NCBI GenBank assembly: GCA_013265495.1
Contig: MU058384.1
Span: 495,622-559,621 of the forward strand
Direction: 5' to 3'
DNA from: Vicugna vicugna
Lineage: Eukaryota
Length of the DNA stretch: 64,000 bases
Below, piece after piece: positions 1 to 13,779 of this stretch. Position 1 is the stretch's first letter, and each line of letters starts with the position of its first letter. The notes under the pieces were generated by a model. That model did not search any database, was not told the origin of the DNA, and was given only the letters and a program-made list of their open reading frames with translations. The position numbers and the translations under genes are program-made.

Positions 1-49
1 AAATTTTTTTGCTAGCATACCAGAAACCCTTATGACCTACAAAACCATT

Positions 50-730
50 CCTGCCTACTCCTCCCTAGAGGTAATCCTGATTTCTAGCACTGTAGATTAA
101 CTTTAGCAGGTTTTTAATTTTTATGTAACTGCTATATTGTATAGATTCTTCTGTATCTGGCATCTTTGCCTCAATATTGTTTATAAGAGTTATACATGGC
201 ATTACAAATAGCTATATATCATTATTTTAGCTTTTAGCGTATTCTATGTTGTGAATATGCTGCAGTTTATCTACTTGCAGTTATTCCAGGGTTGATAGAT
301 ATTTAGTTTGTTTCATGTGTAATGCAGAAGTTTCTTCAAAAAATGTCTCTTGCTGCACACGTGCATGCATAATATATATGAAATTTCTGTGTCATAAATA
401 TGCATTCATTCAAATTTAGTAGACAACATGAAACAGTTTTCCAATATGACAGTATTAATTTATATGCTAACAGTCTATGAGAGTTCCAGGTTATCCATTT
501 CAGGTTTTCCATATCCTTAGCTACATTTGGTATTAAGACTTGAGTTGTAGCCATGTTAGTTGACTGTAGTGGTATCTTTTGTGTTAGTTTGTATTGCTTT
601 GAGACTAAGGGAGTTGAACAACTTTTGCCATTTTTGAAGTGTCTGGTTAAGTCCGCTAGCCCTTTTAAAGTTGATTATATTAATTGATTTGTAGGACCCC
701 TTGATGTACTATGGATACAGGTTAACTTTT
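50..730 (-). mobile_element. Old L1 (L1ME-like) 3' fragment
   Basis: Degenerate antisense L1 3' UTR/ORF2-end motifs (e.g. 'ttctgtatctggcatctttgcctcaatattg', 'aaacagttttccaat', 'gagactaagggagttgaacaactttt'); boundaries approximate. Confidence 0.7.
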
Positions 731-2462
731 GAAGTTGTGATTATCTTTAACTTTTTGAAATTTTTTCACTTTTTGTTTTGTTGACAAATAGTTATTCCTT
801 AATTCTGATTTAACTGCTCTAGTTTCTCTTTGATGCCTTTGTGCAGAATTTAATATTTTGTCTATCTTTCCTAGTTGTTCTTACTGAGAGAGTTGGTCTC
901 AATTACCCTGTTGACTACGACCACTATGAGTGTTTTTTAAAGTATAATTCCCTAGGTCCACATGAATATTGTGTCATCCTAATATTTCTTTCGGTATATA
1001 GATTTCATGACACATTCTGATCTTTCCTAGTTACTTGATAGTGGAAAACATCTTCTTAGAACAGAAAGAAAACAAAGTGGAGAAATAAAAGAAAATCAAA
1101 TGCATGTCAAAAACCAGATGATACCATTTTAGCTTGTATAAAGTACTATTTATAAATATCAGAATATTAAAAAAATAAGTTCCTATGTGTTAACATTGGT
1201 ATAGAAAAACATGACAAGAAACTTAATATTCAAAAGAAGGTATTTTGATTACATAAACTGTGTAAATCCATCTTTTTTACTTCATGCCAATCCTTGTCCC
1301 TAATGATACTTGATTTTAATGAGCTGGATCTCCTTCAATGGCTGTCTTCAGTCCCTCTCCATTTCTTCACGTACCTTTAGATCCAGGGTGCTGGTGGAGA
1401 GACTCTGATTAATTTCCTCAGTAATAATAACATGGCTAACATTTCAAAGAAATCTCAATACTGATTAAAATATTTTGAAGGCTAACAATTATACAGCACA
1501 AGAAGAAAGCCACCAGGAAGGCACTGAGGCTGTGATGTGTGTTTGCTGATTACTATGAGAGGTTAATAGAGGGGAGCGGAGAGCTGGAGCAAGGAAGTCT
1601 GACTGCACTCCCAGGATAAAACCTAAAATCCTCTCAAGAGTCAGACTTCTGTGTATCCTAGAGACTAACTGACGCCACTACAGGCTTCTGAAAAATGAAT
1701 CTTACTAAGAATTTGACAGACTTCTGAAGGGTTATTAAAGTCAATTGAGGACAAAGCTTTAGGGGCTGTTCTGAAGTTTTTCAAGGGTGTTTATGCACAC
1801 ACACACACTCAGGCAAAGTTGTTTTTTAATTAGTTTTCGTTTAAATGTAATATGCCTAACAGTGTTCATCGATGAGATATTCCTAACAAAATAATGCTAA
1901 ACAATCCTTATTCTAGGATACTGCATTTATGAAGTGTGACACTATTCAGTACCTTTTCACACAATTTGAGCTCACCACAAGCTTTTTATCTTTGGTCTGT
2001 TTTATAAAAGAAATGCAACCTTTGACTTGTCAGTGCTCGCCTCTCTCAAAACACACGCACTCATTCACATTCCAGTTGTATCATTCACCTCGTATCTTAA
2101 ATGTGTCCTGTGTTGGATAACCCAAACATAAACAATTATTTCTAGGATGTTAGAAAAACTCTACAAGGGAAATAATTTAATTCAAAGTAAGAATCTTCTG
2201 CTTTCAGTTTTAAAATATGAGAAGTACAAGAAAATGAAGTGAAATCTACCTCCATTTTCTTAGGAGATGAATCCTATTCAGGAAACAGTAACACTGTAAT
2301 TAGCTTCTCTGATATTGGTCAAATATTTCAAAGATAGAAATCTTACTGGATATGTTAACATAATGTGTGTGAAACACACTGTGTTCACTTAGCGAAAAAA
2401 ACAACAGATTTTGATTCAGAAGTCTCTTAAACCCGAGGTCACTAATGGTTTAGCAAGCAGTT

Positions 2463-2712
2463 ATGTCAACCCTCTGTATCTGTGGGTTTCCGATTGGCAG
2501 ATTCAACCAGCTGTGGATCAAAAATATTTGGAAAATTCCAGAAAGTTCCAAAAAGCAAAACTGAATTTGATGTGCAGTGGCAAAAATTTACATAGTATTT
2601 ACATTGCGCTTGTAACTATTTACATAGTATTTCCATTGTACTAAGTGTTATAGGTAATCTAGAGATGATTTGGAGTATATGGGAAAGATGTACATAGGTT
2701 GTATACAAATAT
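2463..2712 (-). mobile_element. TcMar-Tigger DNA transposon fragment (MER2/MER2B-like)
   Basis: 'gtcaaccctctgtatctgtgggtttcc...gattcaaccagctgtggatcaaaaatatttgg...taatctagagatgattt' resembles the reverse of the MER2-family consensus. Confidence 0.8.
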
Positions 2713-2817
2713 GTTTGATTTAAGAACAATATGGGAAAACAGAAGTTTAATGGCTAATATACTGAGAAAAGTATTAACAAATGCACATTTTAAGAAAGAA
2801 ATGAAACAATTGAAAGT

Positions 2818-2996
2818 TTTATGGATTGATTTGAGTCCCTCACAAATTCATGTTGAAGTCCCAACCCCCACGACCTCCAAATGTGGCCCTACTTAAAAAT
2901 CAGGTCTCCGTAGATGTCATTAAGACAAGATCATCCTGGAGTAGGGTAGTCCTTAATTCAGTGGGCCTGTATCCTTATAAGAGGGAAGAATTTGGC
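2818..2996 (+). mobile_element. MaLR LTR 5' fragment (MLT1B-like)
   Basis: 'aaattcatgttgaagtcccaacccccac...ctggagtagggtag...tccttataagagggaagaatttgg' is a typical MLT1B 5' half. Confidence 0.8.
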
Positions 2997-4882
2997 TTAA
3001 AGCCTCAGGTTTTCATGTTTTTGGGTTTTTTTTTTTCCCACTGAGGCTGAGTATATGAAATGATAGAAATGAAATGTCTTTATTAGAACCAAAATTTCCT
3101 AAGATTTCTCAGAATTAGAGGAATGATGGAATCCTGAAAAGAAGCAAGGAAAGGAGTGATAATTACTTATAAATGGATGAAGTTATATATCAGATTTTAG
3201 ACCAACATAAGGAAAAACTTAATGATGGGATAAGCTGCATTCAAAAGATGATCTGAAACCAGAAGTAGATTTGTAAATAATAACCAAGTATCACATATGC
3301 TTTAAAAGAAGTCATCATGTAGGATTCTAGTGATGTGCGTTTTAAGATGCTTTCCAATTTTACTTCATTATTTATAAATAGAGATTAATTTAATCTTATA
3401 TTTGGCATCAGAAAACATCTGGAGACATGGCAAAGAAATAAATAGAAGACATTGACAAAGGGCATTTGTAGCATTTGGATTAATTTTATTAAATTCCAAC
3501 AAGACAGGAAAATAAAAGGAAGGAACAAGAGAAATGATATTCCTTATGAGAATATTTTGCTTTTGTTGACTTGAAAAAGTTTGAATTATAAAGTTCATAA
3601 TAAAAGAATGATAAATAAATAAAAAGCCATTTAAAATAAACCCTACCACTTAGATGTGGTGAAAAAGCAATATACTTGACAAAATTGTTGTCCCTCACAA
3701 AACAGTGTCAAAGATTATTATTTCTTTCTGTTTTCACTTGAAGATATTTCTTTCTTTCAATAGTTACCGCATAGTAATCTGGTAGGGAGTATTTAGAGCA
3801 CTGTTCTAATGAGGATTGGAATTTCCCAGTCAGTCTTACCAAACTTCCTGTCTTTTCATATTTCTATTTTCTGTGAGTTGTTGTTGCCTTTATCTTTCTT
3901 GGCAATAAACTTGCTATTTCAAAGACACAAAGTACTAGTTGTTACATTTATTTGAAGGAAAAGGAATTCTCCATAGCCTTGAAATTTAAAGATCCACTAA
4001 TAATTAAATAGAAAAAAATGAGTAACTGGAAAATTATTCCATTTTGGAGAAAATATTAATTCATTGTCTTATCCTATAAATGTTAGAAAAGCAGTGTAAT
4101 GTAATAAAAATATTTTCTCTACAGGATATAATCTTGTATTTAAACTGTTCTGCATTTTTCTTGGACGTTTTTATTATTAGATTGTAAAAAATAGTATCTT
4201 TATTCTTTAGTTTACTACAGCCTGACTCCTTTGTCCATTGCATTTTTAGTTTTATAGATGTAGCATGATTGTTTCCTGTTGTAGAAATGATTCCATGTCG
4301 AAATATAGACATACTCAATGTAGGCAGAGTGCCCCAGTGATTCCTTATTCCATAGACAAATAGCTATTAAATAGTTGATGTATAGGCACTCAAATTGTTT
4401 CATCAAATAGATTTCAGGTAAAGGTTCATTTTAGAAAAAACAACATTCATATTCTCCACAAAGCTCCTCGAATGGGAATGGACTTAGAGCCATGAGATCC
4501 TGAGGAGCCAGAGGAAATTCTCATGACTGAGTGGTACAGCCAGACACGCGGCCTGCGGCAGACCACCTTTTGCACGCATGCTTGACAGCAGTGTTTATAC
4601 ATGAATCGTCTGAGTCCATTTTTTCTCTTCCTTCTGGAAAATACACACATTATTTGACATAAAAGGGCAATTGTTGTTCAACTTCAGGAGACAAATTTTC
4701 CCTTTTAATGAAGGTGAAATAGAGGTTGGAAATTAGCCATTTTAATGGAGCACTTCCCAAAGCATAATTCTGCGGAACAATTACTAGATTAGCAATGTAT
4801 GGAAATAGTCCCAAATAAACCCTTCAAAAATGAAACCAAATATCCTTACCTCTTATAGATTCTAACATAAATATAAAAATAA

Positions 4883-4975
4883 ATGAGGTAATCACTTTGC
4901 AGTATATATGCATGTCAAATCTTCACATTGTATACTTTAAACTTACGTTATATTTATGTATCTCAAAGCTGGAAA
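4883..4975 (+). mobile_element. L1MA/MB extreme 3' tail
   Basis: 'ggtaatcactttgcagtatatatgcatgtcaaatcttcacattgtatactttaaactta...tatctcaaagctggaaaa'. Confidence 0.65.
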
Positions 4976-6769
4976 AGTTTTGTTTAAAAAAGAAACAGAA
5001 GGTATTTTTGCTATTTTTCACCTTCTAGAAATCATTCACAGTTGAATATTTTTAATGCTAGATAGAAAATGAATTTTTAAATATGGTTAGATTTGAGAAG
5101 AAATGTGAAAAAATATTATGGTTCAGCGTTGTCACCCATTAATGTTACAAACTTAGACTTTTAATATCTCTCCTTTGATTAAAAATATTTAAAGTGAGAA
5201 ATAAAGACCAAGATAGAAGAAGTTAGGAAATACTATTGAACTTTGTACTTCACCGCTTTCCTTAATCAGGCAAAATTTCAGACTCCTGAATCACCAGCTT
5301 CCTTGATTTATGCTACATTTATCTGTCTTCTATGACCTACATATTTTCTCAGGCAAGGTTCAGGTTCCTGGATTTATTTCTCCAATGACCCCATTGCACT
5401 ATTTCTTCCAGGTTTATTCCTCTGCCAGAGAAACATCTGCTTCTTGATGGGCTCACTTCTGGATCTTTGATTTTTCTGATGGTTTACCTTGGTTTTGTCT
5501 GGCTGCCTTCCCTAATACCTTCCTCAGGAATGGAGGAAAATGTCTACTGTATATTTGGGTTGATTTTGCTATGAATTTTGCTGTATCCAGGACTTCAAAA
5601 TGAAGGGAAATAGATAGGGACATTGGAACTAGAACCGGACTTTCTGCAGATAATTATAATGTAAACAGCTTTATGACTACCTGTCAGTTTTTAGATGACC
5701 ACATAACCTAGAATGTAGGATGTACTCACCTTATAAGGCTTTGGGAAAATGTTTTGAATATTTTCTGATTGCATCTTTAACAATTTCTAAACTGAAGTTT
5801 AGAAATTATATATTGTTACTTAATACTCAAACTTCATATTGAAGAGGTAAAAGCCTTTGTTTCAGTAAACAGGATTTTTTATTAAATAAGATAAAATTTT
5901 ATAGTTAGAAGAATTCAGAATTATCTGCAAGAATAGGGTTTTTACAGCCATTTATTTAAAAAGATTAGATTCTTTCACCTCAAAGAGCGATTCTTAAAAT
6001 GAGAATATGTAAATTTATTATCTATTCAAACACTTAAATATGATCACTTAATTACTCAAAATATCATTTCTTCTATAAAAAGTAATATATTTATGAATAA
6101 AAATATATATATTTTTACATTTAAAGTGATGAATCCAAAATTAACTCTTTGGGAAGTACAAGAACAGTTTTGTAGACATATATTATTTTCACTTCAATGA
6201 TTTGTCAGTTGAAAACTTTTAAAAGACATGATTTGCAGAATCAAATCATGTTTTTAAATTTCAAACTCTGTCCTTCAAAAGAGACATTTTAAAAAGATAT
6301 TTAACAGAAACACTATTCTATAAAATACCAAGAGAAAAACAGCCACCAGAAATAACCAAGCCTGTCCATTGAAATTGAAAGTCTAGTAGTGACATATCTT
6401 CACTGTCAGCGTTTCTATGTGTCAGTCTCCTTAGTCTAGAAACAGTAGATACTATGTGTTTTTTGATCTGTCAAAGATAATATACTACTGTTCACAAGCT
6501 CTTGCATTTGCTAGACTTGTATTAAAATATTGAATATTTTAAGGAAAAGCTAAGTAAACTTTCAAATATTTTCTCTGTGCTATAACTATTTAATTGACCT
6601 TTTTCAGAGTTCTGAACCCAAAAATGTGTAAATATAAATCAAATCAAGTGCCTGAGCACAAACAGATAAAAAAACTTACATAGCACAAAGCTTTTCTGGG
6701 GAATACAAAGAAAGCAAGCAGGGTGCCTGCTTTGAAGTAAACAGTGTAGAAGAATACACATTTAAAATA

Positions 6770-7285
6770 AGTGTGGCTGTCTAAAAATAAATCCACTAAT
6801 TCTTTGTTTTTCCATTCAGTACATGGAGCCTAATTATCTTAAGTATGGGTTGGACATAGTGAATCGTTTCTAACAAAAAAAGCGAAAGTTACAGTACATG
6901 AGATACAAGACGAGAGACCTTGTGGATGCCTCATTGTTCCTCCTCTCTCGGATCACTTGCTGTCAGGGACCCTGTCATGAGGACATGTCATATCATGAGG
7001 AAATTCGAGCATCCTTATGTGGAATCTCAAGTGGCAAGGAACTGAAGCCACTGCCTAATACATAAGTGCATAATTTGGAAGTGACTCTTCTTGCCCCATT
7101 CAGGTCTTCAGATGATGACTATCCAAGATGCCATCTTGATTACAACCTCATGACAAACCTGAGCCAGAACAAGCCACTTAGGCACTCTCTCATATTCTTG
7201 CCCCACAGAAATCATGAGATGATAATATTATTTCTTTAAGCCACTGGATTTGAGGATAAATCGTTTTACAGTAACTAATAAAAAC
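6770..7285 (+). mobile_element. MaLR solo LTR (MLT1F-like)
   Basis: 'ctctctcggatcacttgct', 'gtggcaaggaactgaagcc', 'caacctcatgacaaacctgagccagaac', 'ccacagaaatcatgagatgataa...tttaagccactgg'. Confidence 0.8.
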
Positions 7286-7329
7286 AACAATATAAGGCTA
7301 AACATTCTTAGTGTCAGAAGAGAATATAA

Positions 7330-8270
7330 ATGATAGTGTGTTGGAGGGAAGTAATTACTTACAGTTTAGGAAGCTGGAGAAAAGGGATACCTTCTACTGT
7401 TGGTATTATATGAACTGGATCTCAAGAGTTAAAAGATTGATAGCATCTAGAAATTCCCACACATAAGAAATGATGTTCCTGACACTGAGAATAGCACAAG
7501 AAAAGAATTATGAGGAAAGACCTATTTTGAATAAATAGGATTACAGTTTGGATAAATATAATATGTATGAAAGTTATAGTGAAGGCAAAGATTGGTCTGT
7601 AGAAATCAGGTTATATGAGAGCTTGAATTATTGATTAAGTGAGTTCTGTGTGGGGATACATTTGGAACCATTTGTTAATTTTTTACTGGGAGTAGGTTGG
7701 ATAAAGAAGTAAAGATTAGAGCTCTGGTTCAGTTTATGGATTTTGAAGCAATATGAGGGAAGAGACTGGACAATCATCAGTTGGGAGCCCATTTCAGTCT
7801 TCTGAAAGCAAGCTGACTAACAGCTGAACAAGAATGGTGCATTTAGAAATGCAGTAAAACTTGAAGAGCCTGGATTTGCAGAACTTGATATAAGTATGTG
7901 ATATTGGTCCACTGATAATAGAAGGCAGTGATGAGGATGGTGAAATTACTGAAAGGAGATGGGGGGGAGGGAGGCAGAGAGAATGATTAGGAAAGATGTT
8001 GATGAAGAACAACTTGAAGTAGAAAAGTGGAGTCTGGAGCACAGAAGTAAGTTTGAGATTGAGTCTTAAAGAATTGAGTATCAGTTATAGTTTCAAAGTA
8101 ATATAGGGAGAATGAAAAGGACGGTCAGAGAAAGAATTGGGAAACATTTATTTTGGGGGATATGTGGAAGAAACTTCAGTGAAGGAGATTTGAAATAATG
8201 TGATTTTATGTAGGACCATAACCAAGTACGAAAGCATGCCAAAGAGAAAAAATAAATAGTGCTATGCATA
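7330..8270 (-). mobile_element. L2 fragment
   Basis: Purine-rich antisense L2 pattern, e.g. 'gtggagtctggagcacagaag...gaattgagtatcag'; boundaries approximate. Confidence 0.55.
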
Positions 8271-8916
8271 AAAAAGAATCTTTATGTCTTAAACTTAGAA
8301 TTTATCTCTTCCCCTCTCTCAAACGCTTGGCTAAATAAAATTTTAGAGTAAAATTATTACTAATTTGTTTTCTGGCTGGGTCAATTTGCAATATAATAAT
8401 ATCAAATGCTTTGCTAGCTACTCTGTCATTTATATTTGTATATATTATGATGAATGTTCCTCTTATGCAGCCTCTTTGCCAAATTTCTAAGTTTGAATAT
8501 GCTCATTTATAAAACTGCTTTAATAGAAGTCAAACGAATTTTGTTGGTCATTGTAGAAGAAACTATGCCACATTATTCTGGTAAATGGATTTCATTACAG
8601 AAAAATCCATGAAATTACAGATAATATCAACAAAACTTAGCATCAGCAACTTTATAAGTCATCCTATGTTCTGGGCCTAATAGCAAATGACATTATCTGT
8701 TGTCAGGCTCAATTATTTTAAGATCATCTTGAAATTTAGACCACAAGGATTTAATAAAAAAAAAAATAGAACCAGACATATAATATGGTTGAACTCTTGT
8801 TCATCTTGATTCAAAAAGTAAGTAATATTTTGTCATTAAAATTGAATCATTAGAGTCCACATTAATGGGCTATTTTGAAAGTAAGATTTATAGATAGGAC
8901 CTTATATATGAGAAAG

Positions 8917-9167
8917 AGACAGTATCATAGAATGTTGCAAACTTACACTCTGAAGATTGATCAGGGTTAAACTCTAGCTCTGTGTCTCCCAAATTCTATG
9001 ACCTTTAAAAGGTTTTTAAACTTCCCTTTATTTCCATTTTCTCACTTGTTACATTATAATAAATGATGGTCCTACTTTATTGGCTGTCCATGTTAAATAG
9101 AATATATTATGCTTTATCATAGTTCCTGGCATATAGTAAGCCCTCAATTTTCGCAGCTGTTATTATT
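8917..9167 (+). mobile_element. MIR SINE
   Basis: 'gggttaaactctagctctg...tatgacctt...ttttctcacttgt...catagttcctggcatatagtaagccctcaat...gctgttattatt'. Confidence 0.75.
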
Positions 9168-9339
9168 TCAAAATGAGAATTGGGGTAACCTTAACAACCA
9201 TTTTTATTGAAATGGACCCAAGGTAAATCTTGAATGAATGCTTCTACTTCATACCTGTCTAGTTTTTTATTGGTTGATTAGATGGTTCTGTCTTTTCTCC
9301 CATTTGTGGCCTAAAAAGAACAGAAAACTTATTTAAGCA

Positions 9340-9780
9340 AATAACTGCATCCTTCCCCTGCACCTTTCCTCAAAAACTAACCTAATCCAAATGTCTTTAT
9401 TTCATTTTTTTAATATCATACTATCCTAATGACAGTACTGCAGACTATAGAGTTAGCTTTAGCTCTGTCATCTCCCCTTCCCATCACTTCATCCAGGCCT
9501 ACATCATCTTACAATGGGATCATTTCAGTAGAGGCCCACACACATCTGATCTCCTGGAGTCCAGGTACTTCTCTATACTCCTGAAACTCTATTTACCAAA
9601 ATCATGTCCTTGTTGAAGACCTTATCAGTTCCTATTTCATATTGTGATGGCCTTGTTTTGAAGTTCTAAGTGGCCTTGTCTCTGTTTATGAATATATATT
9701 CATACTATCTTCGTCACCTGATGTTTTATAGCCTACCAGATACCCAACTTTACTCAGTTTTCATAGCTCAGAAAAGTCCT
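9340..9780 (+). mobile_element. L2 fragment
   Basis: Pyrimidine-rich L2-like sequence, e.g. 'catccaggcctacatcatcttacaatgggatcatttcagtag'. Confidence 0.45.
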
Positions 9781-10129
9781 ACCATATCCTGAAGTTTTTT
9801 TCTGACTATGCCAGTCCATGTTTATCTGCATATTCTCTGCAGGAGAGAGGATCATAATCATCTACTGTTGTGAGACAGTACTGTGTTGCTTGCTTATATT
9901 TTCATTTTATCTCTCCAAATACATTGTAAAGTATTTCTTTTCTCCAGCTCCCTCAGTAACTAGTATAAATTTCATTTCCAATCAACTGTATAAGACAGGG
10001 GAAAAAACTCACTGGAGTTGTATATGAAATAAACTTTGTCATAAATGTAGTCTATAATGTTTTCAACTACTCTGTTCATAGGAACTAAGCAGACACTAGA
10101 TGATCATTATTATCTACTATTTGTTTGCT

Positions 10130-10285
10130 TAAAGAAGTGAGGGAATCAACTAGAGAGGCATTTGGGAAATAGAATTCTTGGATCTGACTGAGAAAAGGCA
10201 AGAGTAATGAACATTGTTTCTAAGGTTTCTGGCTTGGGTGACAATTGAATTACGGAGGACAACAGGAGAAAAATGGAAGCAGATT
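10130..10285 (-). mobile_element. L2 fragment
   Basis: 'ttctaaggtttctggcttgggtgac' is a characteristic antisense L2 motif. Confidence 0.55.
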
Positions 10286-10389
10286 CCAGCCAGGACTGAG
10301 CTATTGGATAAGTGGTAGAATCCTGGGATTTGTAGGGTTCGGTAGAACTGTATCCAGCAAAGACATCCCAAGACTGTCCTTGGCTGGTG

Positions 10390-10895
10390 AAGCCTTGTAC
10401 GCGGACTGTGAGGAGCCAGCCCCCAGCAGGAGGCACGGTTTTCCTAACACATCATAACATTTTGAGTCGGGAGAGTAGCTGATGTCAGAGCTTTATTCCC
10501 CCGATATTTCAGGCCTGCAGCCAAGGTAGCATTCTTACGCAGACTGAGGCTTGGAATTGTGCAGTGAACCTGAAAGCCTTACAAGAAGAGTGAGCGGGCC
10601 TCCTTTCAGAACACGCGATACCAACGCAGCTGTGGGGAGAAATTAACTAGATTTTGATCATTTTTCTTGGTGAGAGAATACTGTTGGAAAAACCCCTGTG
10701 CTGAGGTATACATACACACATTTACACGTGTGTGCGCACACAAGGTACTATTCTCATCTATGGCAAAACAAGAATCTCTTCTGGATGACTTGTGTTTTTG
10801 AAATTGAAACACTTGGTAAGCAGAATTACTGAAGATGCAGGGAAGTTCGTTTAGTAAGTAGTTGAGGCTCAATTCGCATAGCTGTTAGCCACGTA
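10390..10895. promoter_or_regulatory. CpG-retaining unique segment with CTCF-like motif (candidate promoter/insulator)
   Basis: About 15 CpGs by hand count in about 500 bp against a strongly CpG-depleted background; CCAGCAGGAGGCAC at 10423-10436; CRE-like TGATGTCA at 10480-10487. Confidence 0.4.
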
Positions 10896-13029
10896 AAAAC
10901 CAACTCTTTATCATTTCATGAAGAGTGCCTGTCTGAAAATTACAGGACTTAGAATGTGGTGATAAATTTGCTCTTAGTAAAAGCACATCAAAGGAAGATT
11001 AATGTAGTGGATTGGATTCATGATTTACAACGTATGTAAGGGGCATGATTGTAAAAATGTGTGTATAATGTCAACAAAATGAAGCAAAGCTTTTATGGTT
11101 ACCTTTAGATGGAATTCCAAGTGTTTTTAAATATTTTCTCTAATTTTTTTCCTTATTAAAATTACTTTTCATGAGCATATTTTATAACCACACACTTACA
11201 TATTTTTAAAAAGCACATGATGGAAGAAGGAAGACAGAATACATATCTATTTCACAAAAATGTGGAAGATGGGCTGAATTTCAATAAGCTTGCCTCCCTA
11301 GGCAAACAGTCCAGATACATGGTTATACTTTTTCAAATGGGTAAGAAGAAAATAAATTATTGAAAATCCTCAAATGTGTCAGATACAATTCAGTTCTTTG
11401 CTTTGCCAGCTCCTTCTGTTAAGATTTAGCAAGTTTTCCTTCTTATAAGAAGTAGCAAGTCATGATTCACCTGGATCATTTTTGATAGTGTATACTAAAG
11501 TCAATATTAAATCGTATTTGAGTCCCATGGATGAATGGCTTTATTTATCCACAAGTGCCACTTCAGAGTGCTTTGGATGGTAAATGAGTGGTTCATTTCT
11601 AACTCACTAAACTTTCATGAGTCAGTGAATGCCCCATTAACTCTTGGGAACATTGTTACTCATTCTTCACAAAATCAAAGCTGAAATAGTCCATAGCTGC
11701 TTTTCATTTACAGTGTGGTGTTCATTCAGTTAAGACTGTCATGTTGTCTACTGTAATTGTTGGAAAAATCTCATGTTCCTTTACCAATACTGTCTTTTTG
11801 CATCCATTCAAGTGATTGTATTTGCCCCATTTTCTTTGCCTTTGTCACTGTTGGTCGCTCAAAAAAGGGTACTGACTTACATGAAGATTAGGCCACATGA
11901 GCCACAAGGAATGAGATAGTCTTCAAAATTACGGTCTTGCAATACTTCTGTAATTGCCATATTTGGCACACATAAACTTCTATGTGTAAAACTTTTAAGT
12001 AATTTTTCAATGGAAAAATGTCTTGGAAAGTATATATGGACAGATAAATAGCAATCCCCACTGTAAAGGATAGGTTTTAAATGATAACTTTTCTATATCG
12101 GGTGAAAAAAAAAATTGAAGTGGTAAATATTTTAAAATTTTAATTAGAAATAAGTTTATTCTTTAAAACTTTGTTTACATATCAAACTTCGTATAAGAAA
12201 CCAATAATATATTCTATATATTTTTTGGAGACTGTCATTTTATGAAATTTTATCTGATTAATATTTAATTATAAACAACTATGTAATTATAAACAATTAT
12301 GTAAATCAGTGAGGTTTACTAAAAGCAGTATTTAAAGAGAACTTATAGTTGAGAAGTTTAAAGCTGAGGAAAATTTTAATTTACCTTTGATACAATAAAA
12401 CTGTTTTCTAATAACCTTATATTTGCTATAGTAGAATACTAAGCACAATGATGAGTATCTGACATTAATGTAATGAAAATCATCCTTAGTTTGAAAACAC
12501 AAATGTTATGATTTATAAGTAAATATTGTCTTTTTAAGTGGTCATGAAATAATAGTAAACTTTATCACACCCAAAGAAAACTGTAGTATATTTAAAAACA
12601 TAAAATCTATATCAGCTATATACACTGACCTCTGTGCAATATTTGAAAAGAATATAGGTCCTAAATCATTGATGAATGAAAAAAAGAAGGATTTTTTAAG
12701 GAAAAAGTGGTCATTCCATACCTTTTTATCATAATTAATGAAATAGGTTTGAAAGCTTCTCAGGTAAGCTTTCAAATTTCAAATTAATCTATTCATTTAC
12801 TTTTTTTGAACTAAATATTCATATTAAGAAACCAAATACTGTTATTATTCTAAGGAAGGAAGTAGAAAGAATTAATAAAGATGAAAGTACTTTAAGAAGG
12901 CTAGTACTCTGATAAACCTTGCATTATTAATCAAGAACAAAAAAGAGATAAAATAAAATGTATTAGTGATGTATAGCAGGATTTAACTAAGATCAAATGG
13001 AGATAAATATTACATTAAAGAATACATGA

Positions 13030-13605
13030 ATCAGTTAAAGGAGTTTTGACTGGAAATTACAGGAAATTGAATACAAAATGGCTTAAGGAAAGTGTTGACA
13101 CACATAATTGAAAAATTGATTGAGTTGATTTTAGGCATTTTAGTTTCCTAGGATTAATGTCTTTAGTGCCCATTGTTTCTCATTCTCTTAGCCTCATATG
13201 TCTTCTGTATATCTCATTCTCAGGGAGACTCTCCTTGTAGTGTCAGTGACTGTGGCAATGTAAGCCTTGCATCATCCCATGTTCAAATCCTATTAAATTT
13301 GCCAAGAAATTTGTCTAAGAAAATCTGACCATCTCTCGCTGGATGAGATTGGGTCACATATCACTGAATTAATGATTTACCGAATCATTGAATTAATCAC
13401 TAAATCATTGAATTATCCGGGATTCCGTTGTAATGACAAGTTTTCATTATCACTCGGGAACTGGGTTTGGAAGCAACCCTAAGCCCAATGACAGGTTGCA
13501 GAGTGGGTGATTTCCTCAATGCAAAATCAGGATGGTATTGTTAGTTAATAGCAGAAAGCAAAATGAGCGCTAAGTGACCAAAACAACAAACATACATTGT
13601 ACCAC
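13030..13605 (-). mobile_element. Old MaLR LTR (MLT1J/K/L-like)
   Basis: 'gactggaaattacaggaaa...aaaatggcttaagg', 'gattgggtcacatatcactgaattaatga', 'gggtgatttcctcaatgcaaaatcagg', end 'gtaccac'. Confidence 0.7.
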
Positions 13606-13606
13606 G

Positions 13607-13715
13607 TGTTCATTCAAAAATACTGGTTAAGCATTTATTATAAACCAGGTGATTTATTGAGTTGTAGTGATAGCAAAAACCATAGGCCTGTACCTTTGCA
13701 GAGTTTACATTACAT
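13607..13715 (-). mobile_element. L2 3' end
   Basis: 'ttcattcaaaaatactggttaagcatttattataaaccagg...cctgtacctttgcagagtttacatt'. Confidence 0.6.
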
Positions 13716-13779
13716 TGGATTTAGTGTTACTTTAATAATTTTTAATATTTCAGTATGATTGTATGAAAACCTAAAATTA

